Source of the DNA: Penicillus capitatus
Lineage: Eukaryota > Plantae > Chlorophyta
Direction of reading: 5' to 3'
Assembly (NCBI GenBank): GCA_965649825.1
Contig: OZ287697.1
Location: 124,001 to 188,000 of the forward strand
Length of the DNA stretch: 64,000 nt
Below are positions 1-11,442 of the stretch, piece after piece. How positions within the stretch are numbered: position 1 is the stretch's first letter; each line of letters starts with the position of its first letter. Made by a program: the position numbers and the translations under genes. The notes below the pieces were generated by a model. It was given only the letters and a program-made list of their open reading frames with translations. It ran no database searches and was not told the origin of the DNA.

Positions 1-1202
1 GCGATGTGACTTGCTCCGATAGAATCCGTTTGATCGTTACCGGATCAGAGTGTGGCTGGGCGTCGACATTCGAGACCACCGGAATCGACGGCGTCACGAT
101 ATCCGTCGTTTCGAGTGCCTCTCTGAGAGCGTCAACGGCCGGTCGCATAAACGGCGTATGAAACGCTCCGGCGACCGCCAGCTTCACAGTCATACGTGCC
201 TTAAACTCAGGCTTCGCTATCTCCTGTACGACCTCGCACGCCGCCTGGGATCCCGAAACGGTATAGTTCCCAGGGCACAGATAATTCGCAATCTGCACCG
301 TCTCGCCATCGCCAGCACGAGCAGACGCCTCCGTGCACAGTGCATCCACCTAAGAACACATATAAGGAGCATCAGCCATACGGGAGTAGAGTGGGGTAGA
401 TGGATGACCTTTTCGGATGCCAGTCCAATGACGCTCACCATTCCGGAGGTACTCGCATCGGCCGCCGCCTGCATGGCCTCTCCCCGTAGCTTCACCAATC
501 GCAGTCCAGCTTCGAATCTAGAACGCGTATATCTCTTGTCGCGTCTTGGCGGAACGACAGCCACAGAGTGGGTCGACTCACGTCATCGCGTTGGCAAAAG
601 TGAGAGCGGTGTACTCTCCGAGGCTCAGTCCACACGTCACATCACACTTCTTTAGCACTTCCTGCGCGAACAGCTGTATTGATCGGGCGTTTGTCATAGT
701 GCGGCCTGTACTTCTCCGTGCTCGGCCTTCAGCTTCTCGACAGCTGCCAGGCTGGCGACGAATAGAGCGGGTTGGCTGAAGGCGGTCGAATCGAGTTTCT
801 CTTTTGGACCGTCGACGCAGATCTGATACAGATCATAGCCCAGAATCGCCGTCGCTCTGTCAAAGAGCCCTTTCGCGGCGGGCACCGTTTCCACGACCTC
901 CTGCGACACACATCGCCGCCGCCACTTTTCGAAGACGGCGATCACTTTCGCCATGCCGATTTTTTGAGCGCCCTGTCCAGGAAACAGAAACGCCACGGAC
1001 GGCCTGTACTCCGCAAATCCGCCGTCGTCAGCAGCGGCCTACCAAAAACCCTCAGATACAGAACCACACTCAAAGGCACGCTCGCCACGACAGAGGAGCC
1101 CCGAAGAGAAGATGTCGTGATCCGTGGAGTCCTCCATAGAGTCGTCCGGGTGATGTGGTGACACAGGGGCCGTCCACGAGGCAAGGAGGCAAAACAGGAC
1201 AT
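1..1202 (-). CDS. fabD: Malonyl-CoA:ACP transacylase (MCAT), plastid-type, multi-exon, 3' end runs off the window
   Basis: Exons encode [34 protein letters not shown] and AGAFH motifs. ATG at 1202 gives an Arg/Ser-rich transit-peptide-like leader ([13 protein letters not shown]). ~55 nt GT-AG introns join the frames. Confidence 0.93.
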
Positions 1203-1243
1203 CACAGACGATACGTCCTTCAGAGTGCGTTCGTGCGTGCAGG

Positions 1244-2788
1244 ATGGACGTCTGCCTCTCCGACGATCGTCGTTGGTGTGCCCTCGACGCTCTGTTAACA
1301 CGGGAGGGCAACTCCGTCGGCGAGAATTTTGCAGCGAGTGACGAAACGCGTCTACTGCTGTCAGAGGTCGTCCGCGTTCTTGTCGTCGGTGCCGGAGGCC
1401 TCGGCTGTGAACTGCTGAAAGATCTTGCCCTGACGGGATTCCTCAATCTCGATGTGATCGATCTCGATACCATCGATGTCTCCAATCTCAACCGACAATT
1501 TCTCTTTGGGTGCGATACCGTCGCCTCGAGGCTACGTTAGGTCTGACGCGATGTAGACGTGACGATGTGGGGCGACCCAAAGCGGAGGTGGCTGCCGAGA
1601 AGATCCAGCGTCGGATTCCGGGCGTACATGTCACTCCACACTTCTGCAAGATCGAAGACAAACCGTCGGATTTCTACGAGACGTTTCATCTCATTGTACT
1701 GGGACTAGATTCATTGGAAGCCAGACGTTACATGAACTCCCTGGTCTGCAGCTTCGTGCAGTACGATGCCGAAGGCCATCCCGATCCGGCAACGGTAAAG
1801 CCGATGATCGACGGCGGTACCGAAGGATTCAGAGGACACGCAAGGGTGATACTCCCTGGCACCACACCCTGCTTCGAATGCACCTTGTGGCTCTTCCCCC
1901 CTCAAATCCACTATCCTATGTGCACACTGGCCGAGACCCCTAGGTGCGATGCCAAGGCCAAAATCGATCCCTCGTGAACCTGAAGGGCACAGGACGGCGG
2001 CGCATTGTATTGAGTATGTGCATCAGGTGCTGTGGGAGAAGAAGAAAGGACAGGAGCCGTTCGATGCCGACAACGCAGCGCATATGGAATGGATGTATCA
2101 AGAGGCCAAGAGCCGTGCGGACGTTTACGGCATCCCAGTGCGTAACCTGGTTGTGTGAGAAGCCATCTCAAAAGTGTGATGTTAGGGTGTGACCTATCAG
2201 TTGACACAGGGCGTCGTGAAGAATATCATTCCGGCCATTGCCTCGACCAATGCCATCGTTTCGGGCATGTGCGCCATGGAGGCGTTCAAAATCGCAACGG
2301 GATGTTGCAAGCCGATGGACAACTATACCATGTCGGATTCTCTCACACAAACGCTGTCGGTCACACATGATTTCTTATCAGGTACATGGGATCCGATGGA
2401 ATCTACACCCATACGGTTCAGTACGAACGGGATCCGCATTGCCCTGTCTGCAGTCCCGGCGTCCCAATCACCGTCTCCGCCGACTTGCTCCTATCGCAGG
2501 TGAACCATGCTCGCGCAGCACTCTCTGTTTCGCCCCACCCACGATCTTTCTTCTCAGTTTTTGCAAGTGCTCACGGAACAGCCTGCCTTTGGATCGCAGC
2601 TTAAGGCACCGAGTGTGAGCATGGGCGAGACGCCGTTGTTCATGCGAGGTGCTTTCGAATCCCTCACCCGTTCGAATCTCTCCAAACCGATGTCTGTGTT
2701 GGTACCCCACTCCAATACCTTGCTCCATGTGAATGACAAGAATCTCAACTACACATTACGCATCAAGCTGCTGTACGACACAGCCTGA
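1244..2788 (+). CDS. UBA3: NEDD8-activating enzyme E1 catalytic subunit, 6 exons
   Basis: [47 protein letters not shown], catalytic-Cys region [31 protein letters not shown] and a C-terminal E2-binding-like segment. Confidence 0.95.
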
Positions 2789-2871
2789 GATTTTTTGAGT
2801 TCTCCAGAAACAACGGATCTCTCAAAATGAGAATGTCAAACATGGAAGGGGTTAATGGATGTTGAGTGATG

Positions 2872-4380
2872 TCATTCTCTAAAAGGTGCGAAGATGACCG
2901 ATGAGTTGTGCCCACCAAATCCAAAAGAGTTCGACATCGCTGCCGTAATCTCAAGATGCTGTTTCTCGTGCGGAACTGTATTGAAATACGTCATCTCTTC
3001 CTCCAGATCGTCTTGATTGAGTGTGGGATGAACGGTGCTTGTACGAATGGCTTGAATAGTGGCGATCGCTTCAATCCCAGCCGCCGCTCCTAGCGAATGC
3101 CCCAGCTACAGAAACAGAACGCCGGATCAGAGAGCGACAGGCCACAGAAGGCAGGACCATAGATTTCGTGCCGTTCACTGTGAGATTCGGCGAGTCGCTA
3201 AACACTTGACGCATCGCCTTGATCTCAGAGATATCGCCGACTGGTGTGCTCGTTGCATGCGCATTGATATAGTTTACCATCTCACGCTCAATACCTGCCC
3301 AGATCACACACAAAACCGTCCGATCTCCCAGGGCTCACCAACATCACACGCCTCACCTGCATTATCGACGGCGCCTTGCATACAGGAGGCGACACACATG
3401 CCATCGGGACGTGGATCCGTCATGTGATAGGCATCGCAGTTTGTTGCTCCCCCTAGGTACTCGCAGATGATGGCGGCGCCTCTCTCCTGAGCGTGCTGAA
3501 GGGATTCCATGACCAGGACACCACAACCCTCGCCCAACACAAATCCATCTCTGCCTTTGTCCCACGGCCTCGATGCCTTCTCCGGTTCATCGTTCCGAGA
3601 GGAGAGCGCTCGACAGGCAGTGAATCCTCCGACGCCCACAGGTTTGATTGGGGCCTCCGAGCCGCCGGCAATCATCAAATCCACGTCGCCCTGTCGAATG
3701 TGTGATGCCGCCGCCACAAAGGCATAGTTAGCTGTGGCACAGGCCGTCGAGATCGAATAGTTCGGCCCCATGAATCCAGTTTCGATTCCCAGCAATGCCC
3801 CGCCCATGTTCGAAATGGCATACGGTATGAAGAAAGGCGACATGCGTCGGGGTCCCTTTGAAACCAGTGTGGTCACACCATCGGCAAACACAGAGAGTCC
3901 ACCCATTCCTGATCCAACCAGGACACCGCAGCGCATCTTGTCCAATGCTTCAAACGCCTCAGTATTCTCGCTGATATCCAGTTTGGCATCTTTGAGTGCT
4001 TTCTTGCCAGCAACGATGGTGTATTTGATGCAATCGTCGTACCGTCTGAGATTTCTCCCTTCGATGAGACCCTCGGCGTCAAAACTTTCGATCTGCGCAG
4101 CGAATGTCGTGGCGAAGCCGCTCACGTCGAACCGAGTAATGGGCTTGGCGGCGCTCTCTCCTGCACAGAGACGACGGTAGAATTCTTCCGGGTCATTTCC
4201 GAATGGCGAAACGACGCCGAGTCCCGTGATCACGACGCGGTGGTCGTGGCTTTGCCCTCTGGCCGCAATGGTCGTCGAGAGGTGGCGCCGCCCATGACGC
4301 GCAGGCGATCGAGTACACACGACGCGTCGGCCAAACAGTTTGGCATTGTTGCTCGAAATGGCTGCTACAGGTGTCGACAT
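2872..4380 (-). CDS. KASI: Plastid 3-oxoacyl-ACP synthase (KAS I type, FabF family), 3 exons
   Basis: RVVITGLG, SPFFIPYAISNMG, GPNYSISTACAT (catalytic Cys), NAHATST, KSM/IGHSLGAAAGIEA and SNSFGFGGHN. Start ATG 4380 (MSTPVAAISS, transit-like), stop TGA 2872-2874. Confidence 0.93.
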
Positions 4381-4428
4381 TGCCTGTCCAGATCCAATCG
4401 CCCTGAGAAATCGCCACGTACGACAGCG

Positions 4429-6295
4429 ATGCAGAGATGGCTGTCGTCCTCGACACGGCCACTGCGTTTCGTCCACTCCCACGCGCCATCCAAACGCCAA
4501 TGCACTGTCGACGGCAGTCAACGACGGACCGCATCCAAAACCGTACCGTCGACCTTTCTTATCAAAACCCTCTACGACGACCGTTATCGCATTCTCTGCG
4601 AAGGAACGGAGTCTGTTTGAAGTGAAGGAGAATCCAAAGGAGGTGACACGTCGTGAAAGGGCAGAAGATTTACTGGAAGGGCAGGTGGTGTATGTGCGTC
4701 TGAACAAGCGTATCATCTCGGCCGTTGCTTCGACGATGGAGATTGTGGAGGTGTATGGACGACGGGATCCACGATCGGAGGAAGCTGCCCTGCAGCTAAT
4801 AGAAGATTATGGGAAGCTGATGAAAGAAGAGACACTGAATATCGTCAACTGTGTGACGATGATCCATCGCGTCGGTCTGATCTTTGGCGCCGTGAATCGG
4901 ACGTCCACGCTTCTCGATCGCTGTCAAGATGTGCTGATCGATCTGATCCACCTTCTCAGCAGCTTCTATCACAAATTCGATGCTCGACAGCTATCGAATG
5001 TTGTCTGGGCGCTGGGTAACATCGGCCGTTCACTCTTTGTGCTCCCATACAATGGGATCTCTTTTCCTCGGCTCTACTCTGATCTCCTTCGTCGGGTGAT
5101 GGAGATTACTGATTATCGTCCACAGGAAATCGCGAGCTGTATGACAGGAATGGCCAAAATGCAGCTCAAGGCACAGACATGTCGATTGGCCCTTGATCAT
5201 CTCACATATCTCGCTGTCATGTCAATGAATGAATTTCGGCCAAAAGCAATGGCGGGTCTGTTTTGGGCACTGGGCAGTTTTCCTTACCGACCGAAAAACG
5301 GCTTTATCCGATCCGCTGTACAGAGAATGTCGCAAACATTGGACGATTTCGAGCCGCGGGAGATGTCCAATGTCATCTGGGGTTTCGCTCATCTGGACGC
5401 CCGAGCGTCCCTTGTTCGTCTACTGCCCCTCATGGAGAAGCACTTTCTGAGAGAAATCTGGAACTACACTGAACAAGGAATGTCGTTGGTCCTATGGAGT
5501 TTTGCAAAACTCAGATATCTACCACAGAAGGGCACAATGGACAAGGCAATGAAGTACCTGAAGTTTCGTCTGAACAATCTCTCTCCCCAGTCGATGTCGC
5601 ATGTGGTCTACGCCTGTGCCATCTTTGGCTACTCTCTGCCTCCAGACATCCTCGATCGACTGCAGATATCTTTCTTAGAGAGAAGCCAGGACTTTACACT
5701 TCAGCTGAGATGTTTGTTTGTGTGGTCTCTCGCCATTCTCTTCTCTCTGGAACTGAGTCTCTTCCAGAGTGTCGTGCGCGATATGGAGAAAGGCGATTGG
5801 AAAGGAGAACTGTCAGAGTCTGAAAAGCGGCAACTGTATCAATGCATGATCCACGTGCAGTTCTTTGTCCCTGGAGGGAATCGCGCGATGCATCAGGTGC
5901 CGAAAGAACTGCTTGCCGATTGCCAGATGGCATGGGAGCATGGACAGTATTCCAAATGGAGGGACGCTGTTTGTCTGGCAGTTCTGGTGCAGTTACAAGG
6001 AATGGGCTACACACCATTCTCGCAGCTCTTGACATCGAAGGGATTGGCTCGCTATTCCGTCGACGTTGTTCGCCGTGCCGATCGTATCGAACACATCGCC
6101 ATCGAGATCTCGATTGCAAAGCACTGCTTCGCGAACAACAAGACTATGATCGAGGGACCCCGGTTATGGGCAATGAAACTCCTGAAACGCAACGGATTTA
6201 AGGTTTTGCAAATCCACGCAGAAATCTGGAAGACATCATCGATTGAGGAGAGACGCGCTTATCTAACACAACTGCTCAACGAAAAGGAGAAGTAA
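4429..6295 (+). CDS. Octotricopeptide-like repeat protein with C-terminal RAP domain (organellar RNA-binding)
   Basis: About six ~38-aa repeats (FDARQLSNVVWALG, YRPQEIASCMTGMA, FRPKAMAGLFWALG, FEPREMSNVIWGFA, YTEQGMSLVLWSFA, LSPQSMSHVVYACA) then RAP-like IAIEIS...MKLLKRNGFKVLQIHAEIW. Start uncertain: 4358, or 4429 with an intron at 4543-4603. Confidence 0.8.
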
Positions 6296-6799
6296 GCTCA
6301 GTGCATTTCTAAGGTTCCTGTTATCGACTGATAATCTCGATGTAGTCTGGGATCTGCGTACGCCGCCAGATACAATGCTCGAACCGCTGCAAAGAGAGTG
6401 ATCGTCCAACCATCCTCCTGAGCTGCGACACAGTCGCTGTTCTCTTTTGTTTAGAACATACGCCGATAGAGGCCGCGAAAAATGGCATCGATGATTAAGA
6501 GAAGCGTGCAACATTCATGGTGTAAAAGCCAAAACATGACGATTGTCACATTTGTCAAGCAACATAAGGCATGCATGATCATCATCTTTATTTTTCAGAC
6601 GCTTGCCACAGCATCATACACATTGGAAGTTAGCTTTCGACGGTTAGATAGGATGGTTTATAATGCAGACATGCATCAAGGCATGAACGATACCATGAAC
6701 AAGGCGTCAGTCAATCTTGAACATTCATCCGATATGATTCATTATATGTCCGTCCTGGACCTTCACACATATCCATCGATTGTTGGCCAGAGTGCTTGC

Positions 6800-8092
6800 T
6801 TACTCTTCATCATGTGTCAAAGTCTGCTTGAGAGGATGGCACAGATACGGTATCGCATCGACGATCGCTGGATCACAGTCCGATTCCGTTGGATCCAGCA
6901 TCTGAATATGCAATCTGAGAATAACGTTTCTATCTCTGCAATGAGGGCTTCTGTTCTTCATGATAGATCGGGTGCATGTCAGACCATCGATCTTCAATTC
7001 TTCATGCGAGGCAATCGTTTTCTTAATACCTAAGATCACGCTGCTCGCGAATAGATGCGTGCAAGCGTCACTCTTATGTACTTCGAGATTTGTTCAGGAA
7101 CGACCACCCGTTGTTGTGCACAAGGGAGGCCGTGCATTTGACTGTCACTCTTTTTCGCCTGAGTGAGGCGAGCGTGATCGAAAGCAGATGGTACTCATGA
7201 CGCAGCCACCAATAGACTGGACAGCAGTGACATACTATGCAGACAGCTGTCACAATAAGTAAGCCCAGGACGCCGAGAAATGCCGTACAGAAAAAGAAGA
7301 GCACAATCGAAGGAAACAAAAGAGCAATCAACAGGCGGAAGAACAGCAAAAGGAGACCATGAGAGATAAACACACACGCATGCAGGACGGCAAACAACAG
7401 ATAGGCGAGCAATTGCAACATTATGACGGTTGAGATCAAGGCCGGCCAACAGAGAGCACAGGCAACGAAATTCCATTCGTGGAGCTTCTGCAGCCACACA
7501 CCCTTTTCATTCCATGACGTGAATCCACGGTATTCTCCGTTTAGCCAACAGGTGACCGAAGAGAAGCACGCATCTAATCGCTCGACACATTCTTTGTCCT
7601 CCTTAGCCTGCCATTTCAGGTATTCCTGAATCGCAGATCGCGTCACGGGTCGAAAGATCTCGCTAAAGTGTGAGACGAGTTTCTTGTCGAGGCGGCTGAT
7701 AAAGACATCCCATCCTGAGATTCTTAATCTCGAGGTGCGACACATTTCGGCCTTCAATCGCCTGCATTGGTATAGGGAGAGATGAGGGCGAGCAAACAGC
7801 GTTGACGTTCCTACCATTGCTGGGCTCCTTGCGAAAGCGTCGCGTCCTTGACGAGGACTTCGTTGGTCGCGATGTCACCATAAGAGTCTTGTATCTCGAT
7901 CTAGAAGATGGAAACTGACGCAGTAGCCGCGGGGAGGAGCGCGTTACTTCGTAAGTAGCAGTCGAAGCGACCGAAACCGACGCGTCCGTGCAGACGCTGT
8001 ACGAATACGAATTGACCATTCCTTCCGCTACAGAAGATCGAAGGATGCGCAGACAGACAGTTGATGTTTGGTAGGCGACCTGATTTCTGCAT
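6800..8092 (-). CDS. Hypothetical multi-pass membrane protein, ~5 exons
   Basis: Four consecutive ~47-53 nt GT-AG introns join in phase (MQKS|AEGMVNS...TYE|IEIQDSYG...QQW|RLKAEM...KSRS|IKKTIA). A long hydrophobic Cys/Phe/Leu stretch lies at ~7200-7450. No family recognised and the 3' end is uncertain. Confidence 0.55.
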
Positions 8093-8337
8093 TGTTGTCG
8101 TTCATGCCAAGGTTATTGCCCGGCGAACAGTTGACCTTATAGAGCGGAGCGCTCTGAGAACACGACACGTGTTTTGAAAATGCTGAGGTGTGTGCGTTCG
8201 GCTGTCAGATGATACATCACTTCGTCAACAGCAGCTGAGCTGTTCAAGACAGTATTTATAAAATAAATCCTCTGCGTCAGTCGACACGTGAAACGATATG
8301 TGGGTTGCGATTCTCTGTTCGGCATTGGCTGTGTTGA

Positions 8338-8496
8338 TGTCAAGTTTTGCTTTGTAATTGATTGCGTCGGAAACAGAAACCTTGTTACAAAGAACGTAAA
8401 CAAGAAGTTATTAGATAAACGCGCCTGTCCATTTTATGCATGTGATGTGACAGCGATTATGGTTCAATCTTGGCTCAGTAGAATCTTCTCGCGACA
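8338..8496 (-). repeat. 3' LTR of the gypsy element
   Basis: Identical by eye to 12971-13129, with termini TGTC...GACA. Confidence 0.97.
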
Positions 8497-11442
8497 CGCT
8501 TCCAGCTGCGCTGTTGTCCTTGGAGGAATCCGCCTCAACTGATCATCGTGTACTCGTGATACTATCCCAGATAACATCCCTTCAACTAACCACAAATGAT
8601 CACCAATGGCTTCCATGACGACGCATGGCTCTTCGTCCCACGGGGAAGTAAATAAGCCGATTTGAGCTCTCGCTCTTGGTCTTAAAACCTGATCTCCTAT
8701 CTGAAGCGGTGGTGTGCTCCCGTATTTTCTTTTCTTCATCTCATTTGCGTCTAACTGGGTTTTCCTTGTCCTCTCCTTTGCTTCCTTTATCCAGTTCTCT
8801 TGTATTTCCCGTGTCACTTCCTTTCCATTTCTCGTAACTCCATTTTTTAACTCCGCAGCAGTGTGCAAAGTTGTTTCATTGACTGAATTGTTCATAATCT
8901 TCACTGCCCTTGGCAGAACTCTCTTCCAGTCTTCCGAATTTCCACACATTCGCTTTAACCTTCCCTTTAGGATCCCAATCTGTCGCTCACACAGTCCGTT
9001 CGATTTCGGCATATAGCTTGCAGTAAGCCTTTGCGACACTCCATGCTCTTTGCACCACTCCCTTACACTCCTTGAGTTCCACGTCTGTGCATTGTCCGAG
9101 ATTAGCATTCGGATGTCTCCGTTCTTCTGCCTCCACTTGTCCAATGCTTTTATAGCAGCTTCGCTACTTGGTTTCAAACAGGCCCAAGCCTCAACCCATC
9201 GTGACAGATAATCCACCATGAGTAAGATAAAACGTGGCTCCTCCGATTCACCGGTTGGTAACGGTCCTGCAAAGTCTATTCCAACTGCGTCTCCCACCTT
9301 GTTAGCATCCGTAATTCCTAAAGTTACCCTATGTTGTGACTGCCCCCATACTTGACAAGTCCAGCAATTCTCAACAAATCTTTTAACATCCCTTTCCATT
9401 CCCGTCCAACACCGGCCACCATCTCCCTTCAGATTTAAGATTGTCTTGCGAACTCCCCAGTGACCCATATGCGCCTTGGCTATACGCTTCTGCTGCTCTC
9501 CACAACATCCCTTAACCTCATTTAGCTCCAAATCCTTCCGCTGCGCTAGCATGGGCCATCGGGAGAGACAATCAGCCAGAAAATTATCAGAACCCGGAAG
9601 AAAATGAAGGAAAAGGCGAGAGTCAAGTGGAAAATTTTCCCATAGCCATCCCAAACGGCGTCCAATGCGAAGGTCAGAACGAGACTTGTACCACACATCA
9701 TGTGTGCGTAATTTCTGCAAAGCGCTCAAGGAATCCGAATACAAATGGACTGGGCAGCCAGTGGTAAGAGCAAGTGTATCTTGAAGGCACCAAACGATGG
9801 CATCTAACTCTCCAAGGAATGAACTAACAGGAAAACCACGTATGGCATGAGAGTTAGTGGCAATGAGGCGCCGATCTGAACGGTGTCCTGCGTAAAGAAG
9901 ATAACCAACCCCAGAGCCCGACCAATCTACTTCAATATGAAAAACAGGTGAGGACACACATCGTAAGAAAGCAAGTGAATTGCGTAAGAGATGGGCAGCA
10001 ACAGAGCGAACAGTAGTCTGCACAGAAGACCAATCAATGTGTCGCCGATCAGTCTGTAAAAAGGAGTAAAGGGGAGCAATGGCTAGTCCCAAGCCGGGAC
10101 AGTTCCCTCGACAGGCTGTAAAAATACCCAACATTTTTTGCAAATCCTTCTTCGTTCGCACTATCGGTAGTTGTGTGAGCTGCTTAGAAATGTAATTATG
10201 CTGATGATATTGATCACCCGATATTGAGAAACCCAAAAAATGTACGTGTGGACTACAGAACTGTACTTTTTTCGGATTAACATGGAATCCAGCTGATTGA
10301 AGGGCTGACAAAACGGCCTCAAGGTTACGATCGTGAGATTTCTGATCGCGACCGCCTATAATAATATCATCAAAGTATGCCGTTCCAGGAAGATGTCCCA
10401 GAATGCGGCGGACACGGTCGTTAAAAAAGCCTACACTTGAAGCCCATCCTTGAGGCAGAGTGGCAAAACGGTATCTGCGGCCAAAACACGAAAAACAGAA
10501 AAGACGACTCAAAGAGGGGTCGACCGGGATATGAAAATATCCATCTCGAAGGTCAAGTACCGTAAACAGGCGCCATGAAGGATCAACGGCGCGAACAACT
10601 GTGCGAGTATCAGGTGTGTATGAGTTCCACACTTCGGAGTACTGATTCAGTTTTTGAAAATTAACAACCACCCTGACTCGGCCATCCGGTTTTTTCAAAA
10701 ACACAACTGGGGAAAAGAAACCGCGATCAAAACAGGAAAGCTCTTGAATGATCCCGCGAGAGAGCAATGATCGAAGTTCGGCCTGTGCAGCTTCCATGGA
10801 ACAATCAGTTAAGCACGGCGGTGAACCTGAGTTTGAGAAAGGAACTGATGATTTCCAAACAAGTTCCTCGGCTTTCACAGTAAGGGCACGAAGTGTAGAA
10901 GATGTGGCGTAACTTGAGTTGTTATCAGCAAACAAATAAGGAAAACGAGATTTCCAGACAGAAAAAGAGTTCACTCTCGAATGGACATCTGGGCGCTCAG
11001 ATGAATCAAGAGCATCAGTTATAACCTGAGTAACCAATCTGGGGTCATGCAAAAGTTTACCAGTACCGGAGAAGTTCCCCCGAACAACCTTCAGTTTAGG
11101 CGACAAAGTAACCAAACGATCTGAAAAGTTATGCACTCGAACCGATATCCGTCCATTTTTGCCTAAAATCGGTGTAGCCGACACCTCTCGGAGGAAACAA
11201 CATGAAAAAAGGCCAATAAGTCCGTCTCCGTGTACACTAACAGGCAACATGACCAAACGACTTTCAAGAGGAGTAAGGTAAACAGTTCTTCCCAATCTAA
11301 GAAAAAATGAGCATTGAGAAATGCTCGGTTCTGAACCCTTGACAAGCTGTCGATCAACACGTAGCGTCACGCCAGGCGAAGCGCCATGACCTGGCGGAGC
11401 TAGTTTGACGAAACAGAACGACAGAAAACAACATGCCCATCT
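8464..11442 (-). CDS. pol: Pol ORF: reverse transcriptase, RNase H, integrase
   Basis: LDLRDGYFHIP, LPQGW, YFDDIII, RH (EVDWSG, GELDAI, YSDS, NFLADCLSR), integrase HHCC, GIDFAG, SDNA and NGLCER. The frame is open from 11442 with no ATG before the ORF1 stop. Confidence 0.93.
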   Translation of the reverse strand, partial: RWACCFLSFCFVKLAPPGHGASPGVTLRVDRQLVKGSEPSISQCSFFLRLGRTVYLTPLESRLVMLPVSVHGDGLIGLFSCCFLREVSATPILGKNGRISVRVHNFSDRLVTLSPKLKVVRGNFSGTGKLLHDPRLVTQVITDALDSSERPDVHSRVNSFSVWKSRFPYLFADNNSSYATSSTLRALTVKAEELVWKSSVPFSNSGSPPCLTDCSMEAAQAELRSLLSRGIIQELSCFDRGFFSPVVFLKKPDGRVRVVVNFQKLNQYSEVWNSYTPDTRTVVRAVDPSWRLFTVLDLRDGYFHIPVDPSLSRLFCFSCFGRRYRFATLPQGWASSVGFFNDRVRRILGHLPGTAYFDDIIIGGRDQKSHDRNLEAVLSALQSAGFHVNPKKVQFCSPHVHFLGFSISGDQYHQHNYISKQLTQLPIVRTKKDLQKMLGIFTACRGNCPGLGLAIAPLYSFLQTDRRHIDWSSVQTTVRSVAAHLLRNSLAFLRCVSSPVFHIEVDWSGSGVGYLLYAGHRSDRRLIATNSHAIRGFPVSSFLGELDAIVWCLQDTLALTTGCPVHLYSDSLSALQKLRTHDVWYKSRSDLRIGRRLGWLWENFPLDSRLFLHFLPGSDNFLADCLSRWPMLAQRKDLELNEVKGCCGEQQKRIAKAHMGHWGVRKTILNLKGDGGRCWTGMERDVKRFVENCWTCQVWGQSQHRVTLGITDANKVGDAVGIDFAGPLPTGESEEPRFILLMVDYLSRWVEAWACLKPSSEAAIKALDKWRQKNGDIRMLISDNAQTWNSRSVREWCKEHGVSQRLTASYMPKSNGLCERQIGILKGRLKRMCGNSEDWKRVLPRAVKIMNNSVNETTLHTAAELKNGVTRNGKEVTREIQENWIKEAKERTRKTQLDANEMKKRKYGSTPPLQIGDQVLRPRARAQIGLFTSPWDEEPCVVMEAIGDHLWLVEGMLSGIVSRVHDDQLRRIPPRTTAQLEACREKILLSQD

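Noticed and set aside
4381-4716. N-terminal extension of the KAS ORF in the ORF track
   Set aside because: Antisense to the OPR-RAP gene. ATG 4380 gives a normal transit peptide.
6482-7033. 183-aa plus-strand ORF
   Set aside because: Overlaps the minus-strand membrane-protein exon and has no recognisable features.
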